Made by a program: the position numbers and the translations under genes
Shown: piece after piece, positions 1 to 8,836 of the stretch
Layout of the letters: each line of letters begins with the position of its first letter
Numbering within the stretch: position 1 is the stretch's first letter
Assembly: GCA_047601445.1 (NCBI GenBank)
Contig: JASGJH010000001.1
Span: 3,904,001 to 3,968,000 of the forward strand
Direction: 5' to 3'
Source of the DNA: Myxococcales bacterium
Lineage (GTDB): Bacteria; Myxococcota_A; Polyangia; Polyangiales; DASUME01
Length of the DNA stretch: 64,000 bases
Notes under the pieces: model-generated
Seen by the model: only the letters and a program-made list of their open reading frames with translations
What the model was told of the DNA's origin: nothing
Database searches by the model: none

Positions 1-409
1 CTGGGTCGGTCTTCACCAGTTCGTTCACACAGTCCTGCAGACGCTCGGGGTTGCAGGCGGGGGACCACTCGGTGATCAACGCGACCTCGAAGCGCACGCC
101 GAAATTGGAGCCGACGATGTCATTGGCCTGATCCACCAGGGAGCGTAGCGGCGTCTGGAAGTCCGTGTGCTGCTGGCGGTACTCCTTGGAGACGTAGAAG
201 CGAATCCGACCGTGCTTGAGAGCACTGCTCGGCAGAGCGACGCCGGGTGCCTTGCGCAGCTTGGCGCCTTCGGCCTCCCTGGCCCGCTTGCGCCGCTCCA
301 CGATGGCTTGGGTGATGCGGTGGTCGTAGAAGCAGGCCGCGAGCTGACTCCCGAGGCCGATCAGGAGGGCAGTGGCGAGCCATCGGGGCAGCAGGCGAAA
401 CAACGGCAT
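1..409 (-). CDS. Lipoprotein of unknown function, truncated at the window edge
   Basis: My own translation (not in the ORF track): MPLFRLLPRWLATALLIGLGSQLAACFYDHRITQ..., lipobox LAAC, open to base 1. Confidence 0.7.
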   Translation of the reverse strand, partial: MPLFRLLPRWLATALLIGLGSQLAACFYDHRITQAIVERRKRAREAEGAKLRKAPGVALPSSALKHGRIRFYVSKEYRQQHTDFQTPLRSLVDQANDIVGSNFGVRFEVALITEWSPACNPERLQDCVNELVKTDP

Positions 410-730
410 GCCGCTGCCTGACCCGACGAAGAGCGTGAAGCAAGGGTGAAGGCCGGGCCGCGCGAGGCCCCACTTCCCGTGACTCGAGCAACGTTCTGCC
501 CCGCCGCGAGGACCCGTGTGTTGGCTGGGTCTGAGAGCTGAAATACGAGCGATGTGCGCGCACGTGGTCGCCGTGCTCTCCGCAGCCGACCTTTTCCGCG
601 CGTGCAGACCGCTTGCGACCCGTTTGTTCTAGGAGCGCGCTTACGAAAGCTCGGATTGGTCGCAGGGGTGCTTGCTTTGAGCGGCTCGGAGTTGGGAACA
701 TTAAGCATCTTGGTTTCGCAGTCTTCGCCG

Positions 731-2239
731 TTGCGTTTGGTCCTCGGTTTGGCAGTCCTGGCAGGGCTGGTTCCATCCGCGGGCTGCGGGCGCATCGGCG
801 TGAAGCTGCTGGACCTGCCCGCCACGGCGAGTGACGCCGGTCCAACGGGCGATGGAGACGCGAACCCCACGGGCGAAGCGGGCATCGACGGCGGTGGCGA
901 CGGCGACGGCGGGATGGTCGACTCCTGCGCCTCCGACCGCGATGGCGACGGCACTGCAGACTGCAACGACGCGTGCCCCGACGACGCCGAAAAGATGGCC
1001 GCTGGCGGTTGTGGCTGCGGCATGAGCGACACCGACACCGACGGCGACGGGATGCCCGATTGCGTCGACGACTGCGGAGGCAGCAACGACGCCGACTACA
1101 TGCCCGACATCAGCTGCGGCGTGGGCTACTGCCAGATGAACAACACACCCTCGACCTGCGCCGATGGCGGCGTGGAGACGGCCTGCGTGGCGGGCAATCC
1201 CCTCACCGGAACCGACACCACCTGCAACGGCGTGGACGACAACTGCGATGGCGTCGCGGACGAAGGCTACGTGCCGGTGACCCAGTGCGGCTTGGGCTAC
1301 TGCAGGACCACCAGCACCCCCTCGAGCTGCAACGCCGGCGTGGAGACGCCTTGCCAACCGGGCGCACCTCTGTCGAGCACCGACGCCACGGCCGACGGGG
1401 TGGACGACAACTGCGACGGCGCCATCGACAACAACGCGTGTAACCCGCACAGCGAGACGCTCACTGCAGGCGTGCACGCGCTGGCGCAGGGCGCCTGCAC
1501 CACGATCACCGTGAAGCTCTGGGGTGCCGGCGGCTGCTCGGGCAAGAAGGGCGGCAACTGGGGCGCCAACATCAAGGGCGGCACCGGCGGCGCGGGCGGC
1601 TACGCGCAACACAGCATCACCGTGAGCGCCGGACAGGCAGTCAGCGTGATCGTGGGCCGCGGCGGCCAGCAATGCGGTGAAACCGCGGGCCCCCCGAGCG
1701 ACACGTACAAGGGCGGCAAGGGCGCCACCAGCAGCGGCGGCTCGGGCAACGCAGGCGGCGATGGGTCCGTCATGGGCGGCGCCGGTGGCAAGGGCGCGGG
1801 CGGCAACGGCGGCAATGGCTCCTTCGGCGGTGGCGGCGGTGCCGCCGGCTCCGAGGCGTACTCGAGCTACGGCAGCGGCGGCGAGGGCGGCGGCGCCACC
1901 GTGCTCCTCGTGAACGGTACCCGCGTGGCGAGCGCGGGCGGCGGCGGCGGCGGTGGCGGCGCGGGCGCCGACTTCACCACCGCTGGCAAGTCGGGCGGCA
2001 ACGCGGGCGCGGGCTGCAGCGCGGCAGGCGCGGCTGGCACGGCTGGCATCGCCGGCGGTGGCGGCGGCGCAGGCGGTGGCGGCGTCTGCGAAGGAACCAC
2101 CACCCAGGCCGGAAGCGGCCGCACCCCTGCGAATCCGGGCGGCGACGCCCTGCCCACCGACACGGCCACGGGCGGAAACAATGACGGCGACTGCAAACCC
2201 GGCGGCACCGGGTACGCGATCGTCACCTACGGTCCGTAG
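731..2239 (+). CDS. Surface lipoprotein with thrombospondin type-3-like Asp-rich repeats, MopE-related CNGVDDNCDG repeats and a Gly-rich C-terminal domain
   Basis: Within ORF 554..2239; TTG at 731 gives signal peptide plus SAGC lipobox; DRDGDGTADCND and DTDGDGMPDCVD repeats, two GVDDNCDG motifs, long GGxGG region. Confidence 0.75.
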   Translation: MRLVLGLAVLAGLVPSAGCGRIGVKLLDLPATASDAGPTGDGDANPTGEAGIDGGGDGDGGMVDSCASDRDGDGTADCNDACPDDAEKMAAGGCGCGMSDTDTDGDGMPDCVDDCGGSNDADYMPDISCGVGYCQMNNTPSTCADGGVETACVAGNPLTGTDTTCNGVDDNCDGVADEGYVPVTQCGLGYCRTTSTPSSCNAGVETPCQPGAPLSSTDATADGVDDNCDGAIDNNACNPHSETLTAGVHALAQGACTTITVKLWGAGGCSGKKGGNWGANIKGGTGGAGGYAQHSITVSAGQAVSVIVGRGGQQCGETAGPPSDTYKGGKGATSSGGSGNAGGDGSVMGGAGGKGAGGNGGNGSFGGGGGAAGSEAYSSYGSGGEGGGATVLLVNGTRVASAGGGGGGGGAGADFTTAGKSGGNAGAGCSAAGAAGTAGIAGGGGGAGGGGVCEGTTTQAGSGRTPANPGGDALPTDTATGGNNDGDCKPGGTGYAIVTYGP

Positions 2240-2296
2240 GCCTCCGTTTCCCGTGGGTGCTTGACGCTCCCCGCCGCCTTGCCGATTCTTGGGCCC

Positions 2297-2905
2297 ATGG
2301 ATCAGACGGAGGCCGATCGCGCGCTCGCCATCATTCGGCAAGTCGTCGACCATACACGCGACGACCTGGTGGCACAGAACTGGGGCCTGCTGTGGATAAT
2401 CCACGCATTCACCAATTTCACGGCGTTCCTGGTCAATGGCTTTTGGGTCGAGCCTGGCGGGTTCCCGGCGCGTTTCTATCTGCTGCCGCTCGGTGTCTCC
2501 GCCTTCGTGAACGTGGTGGCCATCCTCCTGCTGCTCCCACGAGACCGCGGGGCCCGCAGCTTCGTGGAGGCGCAGATGAACGGCATCTGGCTCTCCTTCA
2601 TCGGCGTGACCGCGCTGGCTGCCCTCGCCATCGACACGGCAGGCCTGCCGCCGAGCGCCTTCTTCTTCGTGATCACCAGCGGTAGCGCCACCGGCTTTGC
2701 AGCCATGGGCGTGGTCTTCCAACGTCGCTACTTCGCGGCCACGGCGGCGTTTTGCATCGTGTTGCTGTTGGGCGGCCCGCTGGCCGCACAGCGCTGGACG
2801 GCGCTCGGCGCGGTGTGGTGGAGCGTGCTCTTCGGTGTCGGGCTCTCCATGCATCGAGCGCGCGCCGCGCGCCGCCAGAGCCCCGAGATCGCGAGGATCC
2901 TGTGA
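2297..2905 (+). CDS. Hypothetical integral membrane protein
   Basis: About 6 hydrophobic segments; stop overlaps the next GTG start (GTGA). Confidence 0.7.
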   Translation: MDQTEADRALAIIRQVVDHTRDDLVAQNWGLLWIIHAFTNFTAFLVNGFWVEPGGFPARFYLLPLGVSAFVNVVAILLLLPRDRGARSFVEAQMNGIWLSFIGVTALAALAIDTAGLPPSAFFFVITSGSATGFAAMGVVFQRRYFAATAAFCIVLLLGGPLAAQRWTALGAVWWSVLFGVGLSMHRARAARRQSPEIARIL

Positions 2906-3690
2906 GCGAGCGGGTGACCCCGAGCCTGCCCTTCGATCCGGAGACCGTCTGGGAGGAAGCCGTCTGCGTGAACCTGCGCATGCACCCGGACGCGCTGCGC
3001 CCGCTGGTGCCGCCCGCCTTCGAGCTCGACCTCCACCAGGGTCATGCGTTCGTTTCCCTCACCGCCTCGCGTCTGAAGAACTTCGGCGTGGTGGGCGTGC
3101 CCAATGCGCTGCGCACCAACTTCTACCAGGCCACCTACCGCGCCCACGTGCGCTACGTGGACTACGCGGGCCGCACGCGCCGGGGCTGTTACATGGTCCG
3201 CAGTGACACCAATTCGGAGGCCATGAGCATGGCCGCCAACGCGCTTCCCGAGTTCCGCGCCCATCACTGCAGCACCTATCCCATCGTGATGGCCCGCCAC
3301 CAGGGCAACCTGGTGCTCACCGTGGACTCGGGTCAGGACGCAGCGGGCAAGGTCGTGTTGGTGCTCGACACCGAGCACTGCCACCAGGAGATGCCGGCGG
3401 GCTCCGTGTTCACGAGCCTCGCCCAGGCGCGCGCGCTGCTCGTGGACTTCGACGAGTCCTACGCGCACGACGCCGACAGCGATGAGATCTTGGTACTCCG
3501 CATCGAGCGTGGCGAGTGGAAGATCAAGGTCGTCAGCGTCGTGGACAGCTATTTGGGGTTCGTGTCCCGCGGACCCTTGGGCCAGCGCGCCGACACCGTG
3601 CTCGACAGCGTGTTCTATTTCCGCGAGGTCCCCTACCGCTGGCTGCCGCTGATCCGCGAGAAACGCCGCGCAGACTCCTGCCAAGGATAG
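2902..3690 (+). CDS. DUF2071/YqjF-like protein
   Basis: HPDALRPLVPPAFELDLHQGHAFVSL N-terminal pattern, shared with 12697..13431. Confidence 0.65.
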   Translation: MSERVTPSLPFDPETVWEEAVCVNLRMHPDALRPLVPPAFELDLHQGHAFVSLTASRLKNFGVVGVPNALRTNFYQATYRAHVRYVDYAGRTRRGCYMVRSDTNSEAMSMAANALPEFRAHHCSTYPIVMARHQGNLVLTVDSGQDAAGKVVLVLDTEHCHQEMPAGSVFTSLAQARALLVDFDESYAHDADSDEILVLRIERGEWKIKVVSVVDSYLGFVSRGPLGQRADTVLDSVFYFREVPYRWLPLIREKRRADSCQG

Positions 3691-4208
3691 GCCGCTCCAG
3701 GCAGCCCCAGCACCGCATAGAGATCGCGCATTCCCGACAAGGTGACGCCGACCCCCATGCAGGTCAGCGCTCCCAGCAGCAGCGGCGCGGGCGCCTCTTG
3801 CGGGGCTGCGAGCGCGCTCGGAAGCGACCACCAACCGAGCACGCCCGGGAGCAGCTGCCCGAGCATGGCGCCGTACACGATGGCCATCACGGCGTGGGTG
3901 ACGCGCTCGCCCTTGGCCACTCCCTCGGGCTCACGCGCATCCACCTCCACCACGAAGTCGGCCAGCGTGACCACGATCTCGAAGGCCAACAGCGCCAGCA
4001 GCAGTCCCGCATAGGCTCCGTGGAACGAGAACCTCGGCAAGCCCACGAAGATGGCTCCGTACACGAAATCGCGCAGCGCATGCAGGAGGAGTTCCGTCCG
4101 GGTCTGCGGCATCCGCGCGCACAGGCGAGCCTTGTATTCGTGATAGTAGGCCGTGTCGAAGGCACCTATCGCGCCCTGCAGAGCCAACAGCCACCACACC
4201 GCCGTCAT
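3633..4208 (-). CDS. Membrane protein with a DTAYYHE motif (HXXEE-like)
   Basis: MTAVWWLLALQGAIGAFDTAYYHEYKARL..., ERVTH motif; ATGA-coupled to the upstream gene. Confidence 0.7.
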   Translation of the reverse strand: MTAVWWLLALQGAIGAFDTAYYHEYKARLCARMPQTRTELLLHALRDFVYGAIFVGLPRFSFHGAYAGLLLALLAFEIVVTLADFVVEVDAREPEGVAKGERVTHAVMAIVYGAMLGQLLPGVLGWWSLPSALAAPQEAPAPLLLGALTCMGVGVTLSGMRDLYAVLGLPGAAYPWQESARRFSRISGSQR

Positions 4209-4792
4209 GCTCGCTCCAGCGCGCGCACGAGCCCTCGATAGCGCAGCAGCAGGCCCACCAGGGGCGCCTCGATGCACACGTCGACCCGCGCCTGGTCGCC
4301 CTCGGCGCGCGCCGAGCCCGATACACGCGGGCTGCACCAGCGCGGCAAGGGCAGACGGCGGGTCCACAGCTGCAGGCGCACGCCCGTGAGCTGCAGCTCG
4401 AGGCCGTCGCTCAGGGGCCGGAGCTCGAAGCACAGGGCCACCGGCCCGTAGGTCTCGATCAAGCGGCCGGACTCGCCGAACTGCTTGGAGATCAACGATA
4501 CGCTGCCGAATCGACGGCGCCAGACCTGGAGCGTCCCCTCGCCGTCGAGGCAAAGCGCGACCGCGGTGGCAGGCGAGGCCGGCGGCATGCGCAGCAGCCA
4601 ACCGAGCAGACGACCGAGCCAGGAGCGACTGCGCAGCACTTCGAGGGTGCCCTGGGAGGTGGCACCCTGCGAGTGAACCCGACGGACGCAGTCCGGAATG
4701 CCGCCCCAACCCGCCCCGAGGAGCTCGGCGTAGAGCCCGGCGTGGGGCTGCGCCCGCGGGGCGAGCGACGTGGTGGCCTCCTGGATCTGCAC
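4205..4792 (-). CDS. DUF4166 domain protein
   Basis: LYAELLG..W..IP..VRRVH, WRRRFG, IETYGP and PLVGLLLRYRG pattern. Confidence 0.75.
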   Translation of the reverse strand: MQIQEATTSLAPRAQPHAGLYAELLGAGWGGIPDCVRRVHSQGATSQGTLEVLRSRSWLGRLLGWLLRMPPASPATAVALCLDGEGTLQVWRRRFGSVSLISKQFGESGRLIETYGPVALCFELRPLSDGLELQLTGVRLQLWTRRLPLPRWCSPRVSGSARAEGDQARVDVCIEAPLVGLLLRYRGLVRALERA

Positions 4793-5063
4793 CTCGGAAG
4801 CCTACCCTTTCCTCGCATTTTCGGGACCTAGGAGCCGCTCGACGGCCATGCACACCTCACCGTACAGGGCGCTCTAGCCACTCTCGGCGCATTCCGGTGA
4901 GCCGCTCAACAACCCACCAGGTCGCTGGCGGCGCCCACCATGTTGCAGCTTTGTAAAGACGCCCCTTTTGACCACGGGTGTCCTTACAATCGAGGCGTGC
5001 TGCTGATTGCACCGACGCCCGAAGTCCGTACGGATTCGGCTCCTGACACCCGAGGGCCCCTGC

Positions 5064-6854
5064 TTGGCCACTAGCCTCCAGCTCGCACAAGGGGATGACT
5101 GGTTGATTGGCCGGGTCGTACTGGGACGCTACCGCATCGTGCGCGAGCTCGCGCGCGGCGGCATGGGCGTGGTGTACCTGGCGCGCGCCGAGGGCGCCGG
5201 TGGCTTCATGAAGCCGGTGGTCATCAAGCTCGTGCTGCCGCAACACGCAGAGGACGCCCGTTTCCTGGGAATGTTCGTGCGCGAGGCTCAGATTCTCTCG
5301 GATCTTCGCCATCCCAACATCGTGGGCGTCTTGGACTTCGGCCAAGAGGGCGAAGCCTACGTGATGGTGCTCGAGTACATCAACGGCTACCACCTGGGTC
5401 AGTGGCGCAAGTTCCTGCAGCGGAAGCAGCGCCAGGCACCGGCGGACGTGGTAATGCTGTGGGCAATCGACGTGCTCGAGGCGCTGCACAAGGCCCACGG
5501 CATGCGCCACCCTGACGGAACGTCGATGCACATCGTGCACCGCGACGTGTCGCCTTCGAACATTCTGCTGGACGAGGACGGGCGCGCGCGCCTGGTCGAC
5601 TTCGGCGTGGCGCGCATGCGCGGCAGCAACGTCGACTATCAGACCCAGATTCAAAGCTTCGTGGGCAAGTTCTCCTATGGCGCGCCCGAGCTCCTACTGG
5701 GCGTCGATGCATCGCCCCAGAGCGACCTCTACTCGTGCGCGGTGGTGCTGCACGAGATGCTGCTCGGCAAGAACACGTTCCTCGGTGCCGAGGATGCGCT
5801 GACGCTGGCGCGCGTCTCGACGCACACGGCCGAGCGCATCGAACCGTTGCTGGCCGATGCTCCACCTGGACTCGACGCGGTGTTGCAAAAGGCGCTGAGC
5901 AAGCAGCCCGAGACGCGCTACGGGAGCGCCTGGGAGTTTGCGTCGGCCTTGCGCGGCCTCTTGCCGAGGCGCGAGGAGGAAGTGCGCGCGCGCATCGTGG
6001 TCATGCTGAGGAGCGACTTCGGCGCTGAGCTCGCCAAGACGCTCGGCGTCGAATCGTTGGCCGAGCGCGACCAGGCCTGGCGCCATTTCTCCCTGGAAGC
6101 CGAGAGCACCAACGAGCGCACCATCATGTTGGAGCTCGAAGGGATCGACGCGCAGGGCGCAGCCGTCCAGGAAAACACCGACGACTCCCATATTCGCAGC
6201 AGCCAGATGGGTCGGCGACCGCGCCAGGTGACGCTGCGCAATCAGGCGGCCGTCACCACGTACCGAGGTCCCGCCACCACCACGGGTCGCCTGCCGATTC
6301 CCGAGCCGCCTCGCCCTTCTTCAACTCAGGGCCAGGCGCAAGCAGCCGCTCCGCAGCCCTCCGCGGGCAATCCGCTCGGTTGGATCATCCCGGTGGTCGT
6401 CGTGACGATCCTGGTGGCGGTGGCGCTCTGGGTCACGCTGCGGCCCATGCAAGAGGCGCCTCAGGCGCAACGCCTGATTCGCATCGAGTCCCAGCCCGAC
6501 CCCATGGCGCTCGCGCGCGAGAAGGCAGCGCTCGAGAACGCTCGTCTCGAAGCCCAGGCGGCCCAGCGCGCCAGCATTCTCAGCGCCCACCAGGGAGAGA
6601 TCGACGGCTGCTTCGCGCGCAAGGGCAAGCTCAAGGGCAAGCAGGTCATCAGCGAAACCGAGCTCGACTTCGAGGTGAGCGCGAGCGGCGCAGTCACGAA
6701 CGTGGAGGTCGCGCAGCCCGAGCTGTCCAAGACGCCACTGGCGCGCTGCCTGCGGGCCATCGGTCTGAGCTTGCGCTTCCCGGCCGGATCGGAGCAGAGC
6801 TTCTCTCTGTCGGCCCATTCCTCGAGCGCGCCAGCGACCGAGAGCATCAAGTAG
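5064..6854 (+). CDS. Membrane-anchored Ser/Thr protein kinase with a C-terminal AgmX/PglI (TonB-C-like) domain
   Basis: ARGGMGVV, HRDVSPSN, DFG, APE motifs; TM segment WIIPVVVVTILVAVALW; IDGCF...VSASGAV..LARCL. Start uncertain (5007 or 5064). Confidence 0.9.
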   Translation: MATSLQLAQGDDWLIGRVVLGRYRIVRELARGGMGVVYLARAEGAGGFMKPVVIKLVLPQHAEDARFLGMFVREAQILSDLRHPNIVGVLDFGQEGEAYVMVLEYINGYHLGQWRKFLQRKQRQAPADVVMLWAIDVLEALHKAHGMRHPDGTSMHIVHRDVSPSNILLDEDGRARLVDFGVARMRGSNVDYQTQIQSFVGKFSYGAPELLLGVDASPQSDLYSCAVVLHEMLLGKNTFLGAEDALTLARVSTHTAERIEPLLADAPPGLDAVLQKALSKQPETRYGSAWEFASALRGLLPRREEEVRARIVVMLRSDFGAELAKTLGVESLAERDQAWRHFSLEAESTNERTIMLELEGIDAQGAAVQENTDDSHIRSSQMGRRPRQVTLRNQAAVTTYRGPATTTGRLPIPEPPRPSSTQGQAQAAAPQPSAGNPLGWIIPVVVVTILVAVALWVTLRPMQEAPQAQRLIRIESQPDPMALAREKAALENARLEAQAAQRASILSAHQGEIDGCFARKGKLKGKQVISETELDFEVSASGAVTNVEVAQPELSKTPLARCLRAIGLSLRFPAGSEQSFSLSAHSSSAPATESIK

Positions 6855-6883
6855 CGACGCGCCGCAGCGCCACCTCACTCGAC

Positions 6884-6898
6884 TGGCCCGGATGTTGC
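6884..6898 (+). promoter_or_regulatory. Putative sigma54 -24/-12 promoter
   Basis: TGGCCCG-GATG-TTGC. Confidence 0.55.
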
Positions 6899-6910
6899 CG
6901 CTCGAGGAGC

Positions 6911-7660
6911 ATGCTCAGTGAAGTCCTGCGAAACACCGAGTGGCGCGAGTTCGGCGACTTCGTTTCGCCTGCAATTCTCAAGGTCATGCCGGCCTCGTCG
7001 GCGTGGCGCGTGGCCAATGTCCTGCGCCGCCATCGGCAGGACCGCACCATGCGTCAAACTGCCACGCACGAGCGTCGCGCACTGCTGGAACAGGCGGGTA
7101 TAGCGGTCGAGCTGGATGGGGTAGGCGACGTGCGCCGGGTGGCTCGGGACGTGGCCTTCACGCGTCCTGCCGAGCGCGCTCGGCGCGTGGCGGAGCTGTA
7201 CTTTCAGCAGCTCTTCCAGGGCGACGTGACGTTTCTCGATCTCCGAACGCGCACCTTCAGCGAGCACGACGGCCATCTCAGCTGGCAACCCGCGCCCTGG
7301 ATGTGGCGCTGGGACGCCGCCTTCATCGAGCCCCTGCGCGACATCTACCGCGGTTTCTATGGCGAGGACGAGGCCCTGTTCCAACGTGGTCTAGAGCAGC
7401 TCTCGCTGACACCGGCCCAGGCCATCTTTCGCAAGCACTTCGGTGGCGAGCAACAACGCGTCACGTTCCACACCCGTCACTTCGTCTCCACGTTCCACGA
7501 CGTGTTCCTGTGCTGTCGTGCCCACCACATCACGCTCTCCCCTTCGTTCCTGCCGCTCGGCCTGTACCTGGCGACGCTCTACGAACACCTCGAGCGCCTC
7601 GGTGTGGAGGTCGACGTGCGCATGGCTTTTCAACGTGTGGTCCGTCCCCGCTCGAACTGA
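6911..7660 (+). CDS. Hypothetical protein, possibly a degenerate ABC1/UbiB kinase-like C-lobe
   Basis: ATG after GAGGAG; 249 aa with normal protein-like composition. Confidence 0.7.
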   Translation: MLSEVLRNTEWREFGDFVSPAILKVMPASSAWRVANVLRRHRQDRTMRQTATHERRALLEQAGIAVELDGVGDVRRVARDVAFTRPAERARRVAELYFQQLFQGDVTFLDLRTRTFSEHDGHLSWQPAPWMWRWDAAFIEPLRDIYRGFYGEDEALFQRGLEQLSLTPAQAIFRKHFGGEQQRVTFHTRHFVSTFHDVFLCCRAHHITLSPSFLPLGLYLATLYEHLERLGVEVDVRMAFQRVVRPRSN

Positions 7661-7769
7661 CGAGACGGTCGTCTCGCCTGGCGAGGCCCCAACTCGGGCC
7701 CGAGAGGATCACGGCTCGCAACGTGCTGACCGCCAGGGGTGATGAGGGCCCAAACGTCGGCTTCCCCAC

Positions 7770-7785
7770 TGGCACCTGGGTTGCT
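7770..7785 (+). promoter_or_regulatory. Putative sigma54 promoter of the FGE-family gene
   Basis: TGGCACC-TGGG-TTGCT, ATG 34 nt downstream. Confidence 0.6.
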
Positions 7786-7817
7786 CCCGCGGGCTACGGC
7801 AGGCAAGCTTCCTCGAC

Positions 7818-8818
7818 ATGTCGACAGGACACCTGAGGCTGGCCGCGCTCCTGGTCTGCGCGTCGCAAAGCGCCGCAGCGAGTCCACCTGCGACTTCCAA
7901 GCTCACTGGCGCTCCGCTCGGGACACGCGCGCGCTGTGAAGCGTATTCAGGCCTTCCCGGGGGCTTCCGTGAGCGGGTCGATGCCGGCATGGTGCGCATC
8001 GCCGGAGGCACCATCGTGCTCGGCTCGAACCATGGATACGACGACGAACGCCCGCGCGGCGGGGCCGTGCGTGTGGCCCCCTTCTGGATCGATCGCACCG
8101 AGGTGACCAACGCGCAGTTCGCCGCCTTCGTCGACGCCACCGGCTACCGCACCCAAGCCGAACACGAGGGCGGCTCGGCCGTGTTCACCATGCCGCCCCC
8201 GCAGGGCCAGCAGACCCCGGAGCGCCCCTACGCCTGGTGGAGCTACGTGAGCGGCGCCAACTGGCGGCAACCCCGTGGCCCTGGCAGCGATCTGCGCGGA
8301 CGCGCGAACCACCCGGTGGTCCACGTCAGCTACGCGGACGCGCTCGCCTACGCGCGCTGGCTCGGCCACAGCTTGCCCAGCGAAGCGCAGTGGGAATTCG
8401 CGGCCAAGGCCAACCGCAGCTCACAAACGCTGCACCACGAACCGCGCGACAAGCACGGCGTACCGGTCGCGAATTTTGGCAGGGCGAGTTTCCGCGCGAG
8501 GACAGCGGCCAGGACGGCTTTCACTTGAGCGCGCCCGTGGGGTGCTACCCGAGCAATCCGTTCGGCCTCTTCGATACCCTGGGAAATGTGTGGGAGTGGA
8601 CCCAGGACCTCTACAGCGAGTCCCACGACCAACCCGCAGGACAAGCCCCAGCGAGCTGCTCGGACCCGAGCTCGAACGAGTCCCTGGTGATCAAGGGCGG
8701 ATCCTTCCTGTGTTCCAAGAACTTCTGCGCTCGTTATCGAGTCACCGCGCGCCATCCCCAGGAGGCCAACCTACCCACCATGCACCTCGGTTTCCGCACG
8801 GTGCGATCGATCGAGTAG
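7818..8818 (+). CDS. Formylglycine-generating enzyme (SUMF1/FGE-sulfatase) family protein, frameshifted at about 8474-8477 in this sequence
   Basis: TEVTNAQF, HPVVHVS, LPSEAQWEFAA in one frame; WQGEFP, GNVWEW, KGGSFLC..FC.RYR, HLGFR in another; adding one T to TTTT restores ANFWQGEFP. Confidence 0.85.
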
Positions 8819-8836
8819 CGCGGCTCGTCCCGGCGC

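Noticed and set aside
1700..2100. GGC-rich tandem-looking sequence
   Set aside because: Explained by Gly codons of the Gly-rich domain; not a DNA repeat array
701..2854. Long antisense or alternate-frame ORFs (this one and many others, e.g. 15563..17230, 29418..31145, 41383..42705)
   Set aside because: Shadow ORFs expected at high GC; they overlap motif-supported genes and have no recognisable motifs
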